Shown here one piece after another: positions 43,632-43,931 of a stretch of 43,931 nucleotides of DNA; within the stretch, counting starts at the first letter, position 1; every line of letters starts with the position of its first letter. The notes beneath the pieces were generated by a model, which was given only the letters and a program-made list of their open reading frames with translations, did no database searches and was not told the DNA's origin. Made by a program: the position numbers and the translations under genes. The stretch comes from a virus (taxonomy: Duplodnaviria; Heunggongvirae; Uroviricota; Caudoviricetes). The stretch is from IMG/VR virus record IMGVR_UViG_2541047897_000005; one strand, 5' to 3'.

Positions 43632-43931
43632 ATGAAAATGGATATAACACCTTTCCTTCATGCGCTTTGTGCTGTGGCTGCGCAGCTACTGATTGGTCTT
43701 TTTACCGGGAACTGGGCTTACGGGGCGATAGCCGGTTGTACGTTCTTCATTGCGCGTGAACACACCCAGGCAGAATATCGCTGGATCGAAATGTTCGGGC
43801 ATGGCAAGCGAATGAATATGCCGTGGTGGGGCGGTTTTGATACACGTGCATGGGATGTGGCAAGCCTGATGGATTTTGCTGTGCCGGTGGTGGCGTGTCT
43901 GCTGGTCTGGCTGTTGGTTAATCGTGGGTGA
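43632..43931 (+). CDS. Hypothetical membrane protein (about 99 aa; two predicted TM segments); window ends at its stop
   Basis: ORF with hydrophobic segments (FLHALCAVAAQLLIGLF; FAVPVVACLLVWLLV); start uncertain (TTG 43623 or ATG 43632). Confidence 0.55.
   Translation: MKMDITPFLHALCAVAAQLLIGLFTGNWAYGAIAGCTFFIAREHTQAEYRWIEMFGHGKRMNMPWWGGFDTRAWDVASLMDFAVPVVACLLVWLLVNRG

Overview
The window is essentially one near-complete lambdoid prophage, read from the stop codon of its integrase (position 1) to beyond the side tail fibres. Identifications rest on my recall of phage lambda and E. coli K-12 DLP12 protein sequences, not on any database search. Minus-strand early-left arm: int, xis, an accessory cluster of small genes, exo-bet-gam, one PL-proximal unknown gene, then a stand-alone AT-rich 317-aa gene with its own terminator in the position lambda uses for rexAB, then an S24-type CI repressor. 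Plus strand: YdaS-like cro, YdaT-like cII analogue, O (with ori iterons), P, ren, an AT-rich moron island (emrE, large serine recombinase ybcK, secreted esterase on the minus strand), nin-region genes (ninB/ybcN, ninE, ybcO, rusA, ylcG), a Q antiterminator, an intact nmpC-like porin (minus), a phage-21-type lysis cassette (pinholin, SAR endolysin, Rz/Rz1), bor (minus), cos, and a lambda-identical morphogenesis block Nu1-A-W-B-C-D-E-FI-FII-Z-U-V-G/T-H-M-L-K-I-J, lom, stf, plus a second tail-fibre module. Main hunt results: (1) the rex-locus 317-aa gene, a candidate novel exclusion/defence gene; (2) a 250-aa protein between xis and exo carrying two tRNA-guanine-transglycosylase-like motifs, a candidate DpdA-type DNA 7-deazaguanine modification enzyme; (3) a frameshift splitting tail-tip gene J; (4) no recognisable N gene, but a structured PL leader and a boxA-like element after cro; (5) a mosaic tail-fibre module. 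No tRNA, CRISPR array or IS transposase was found.
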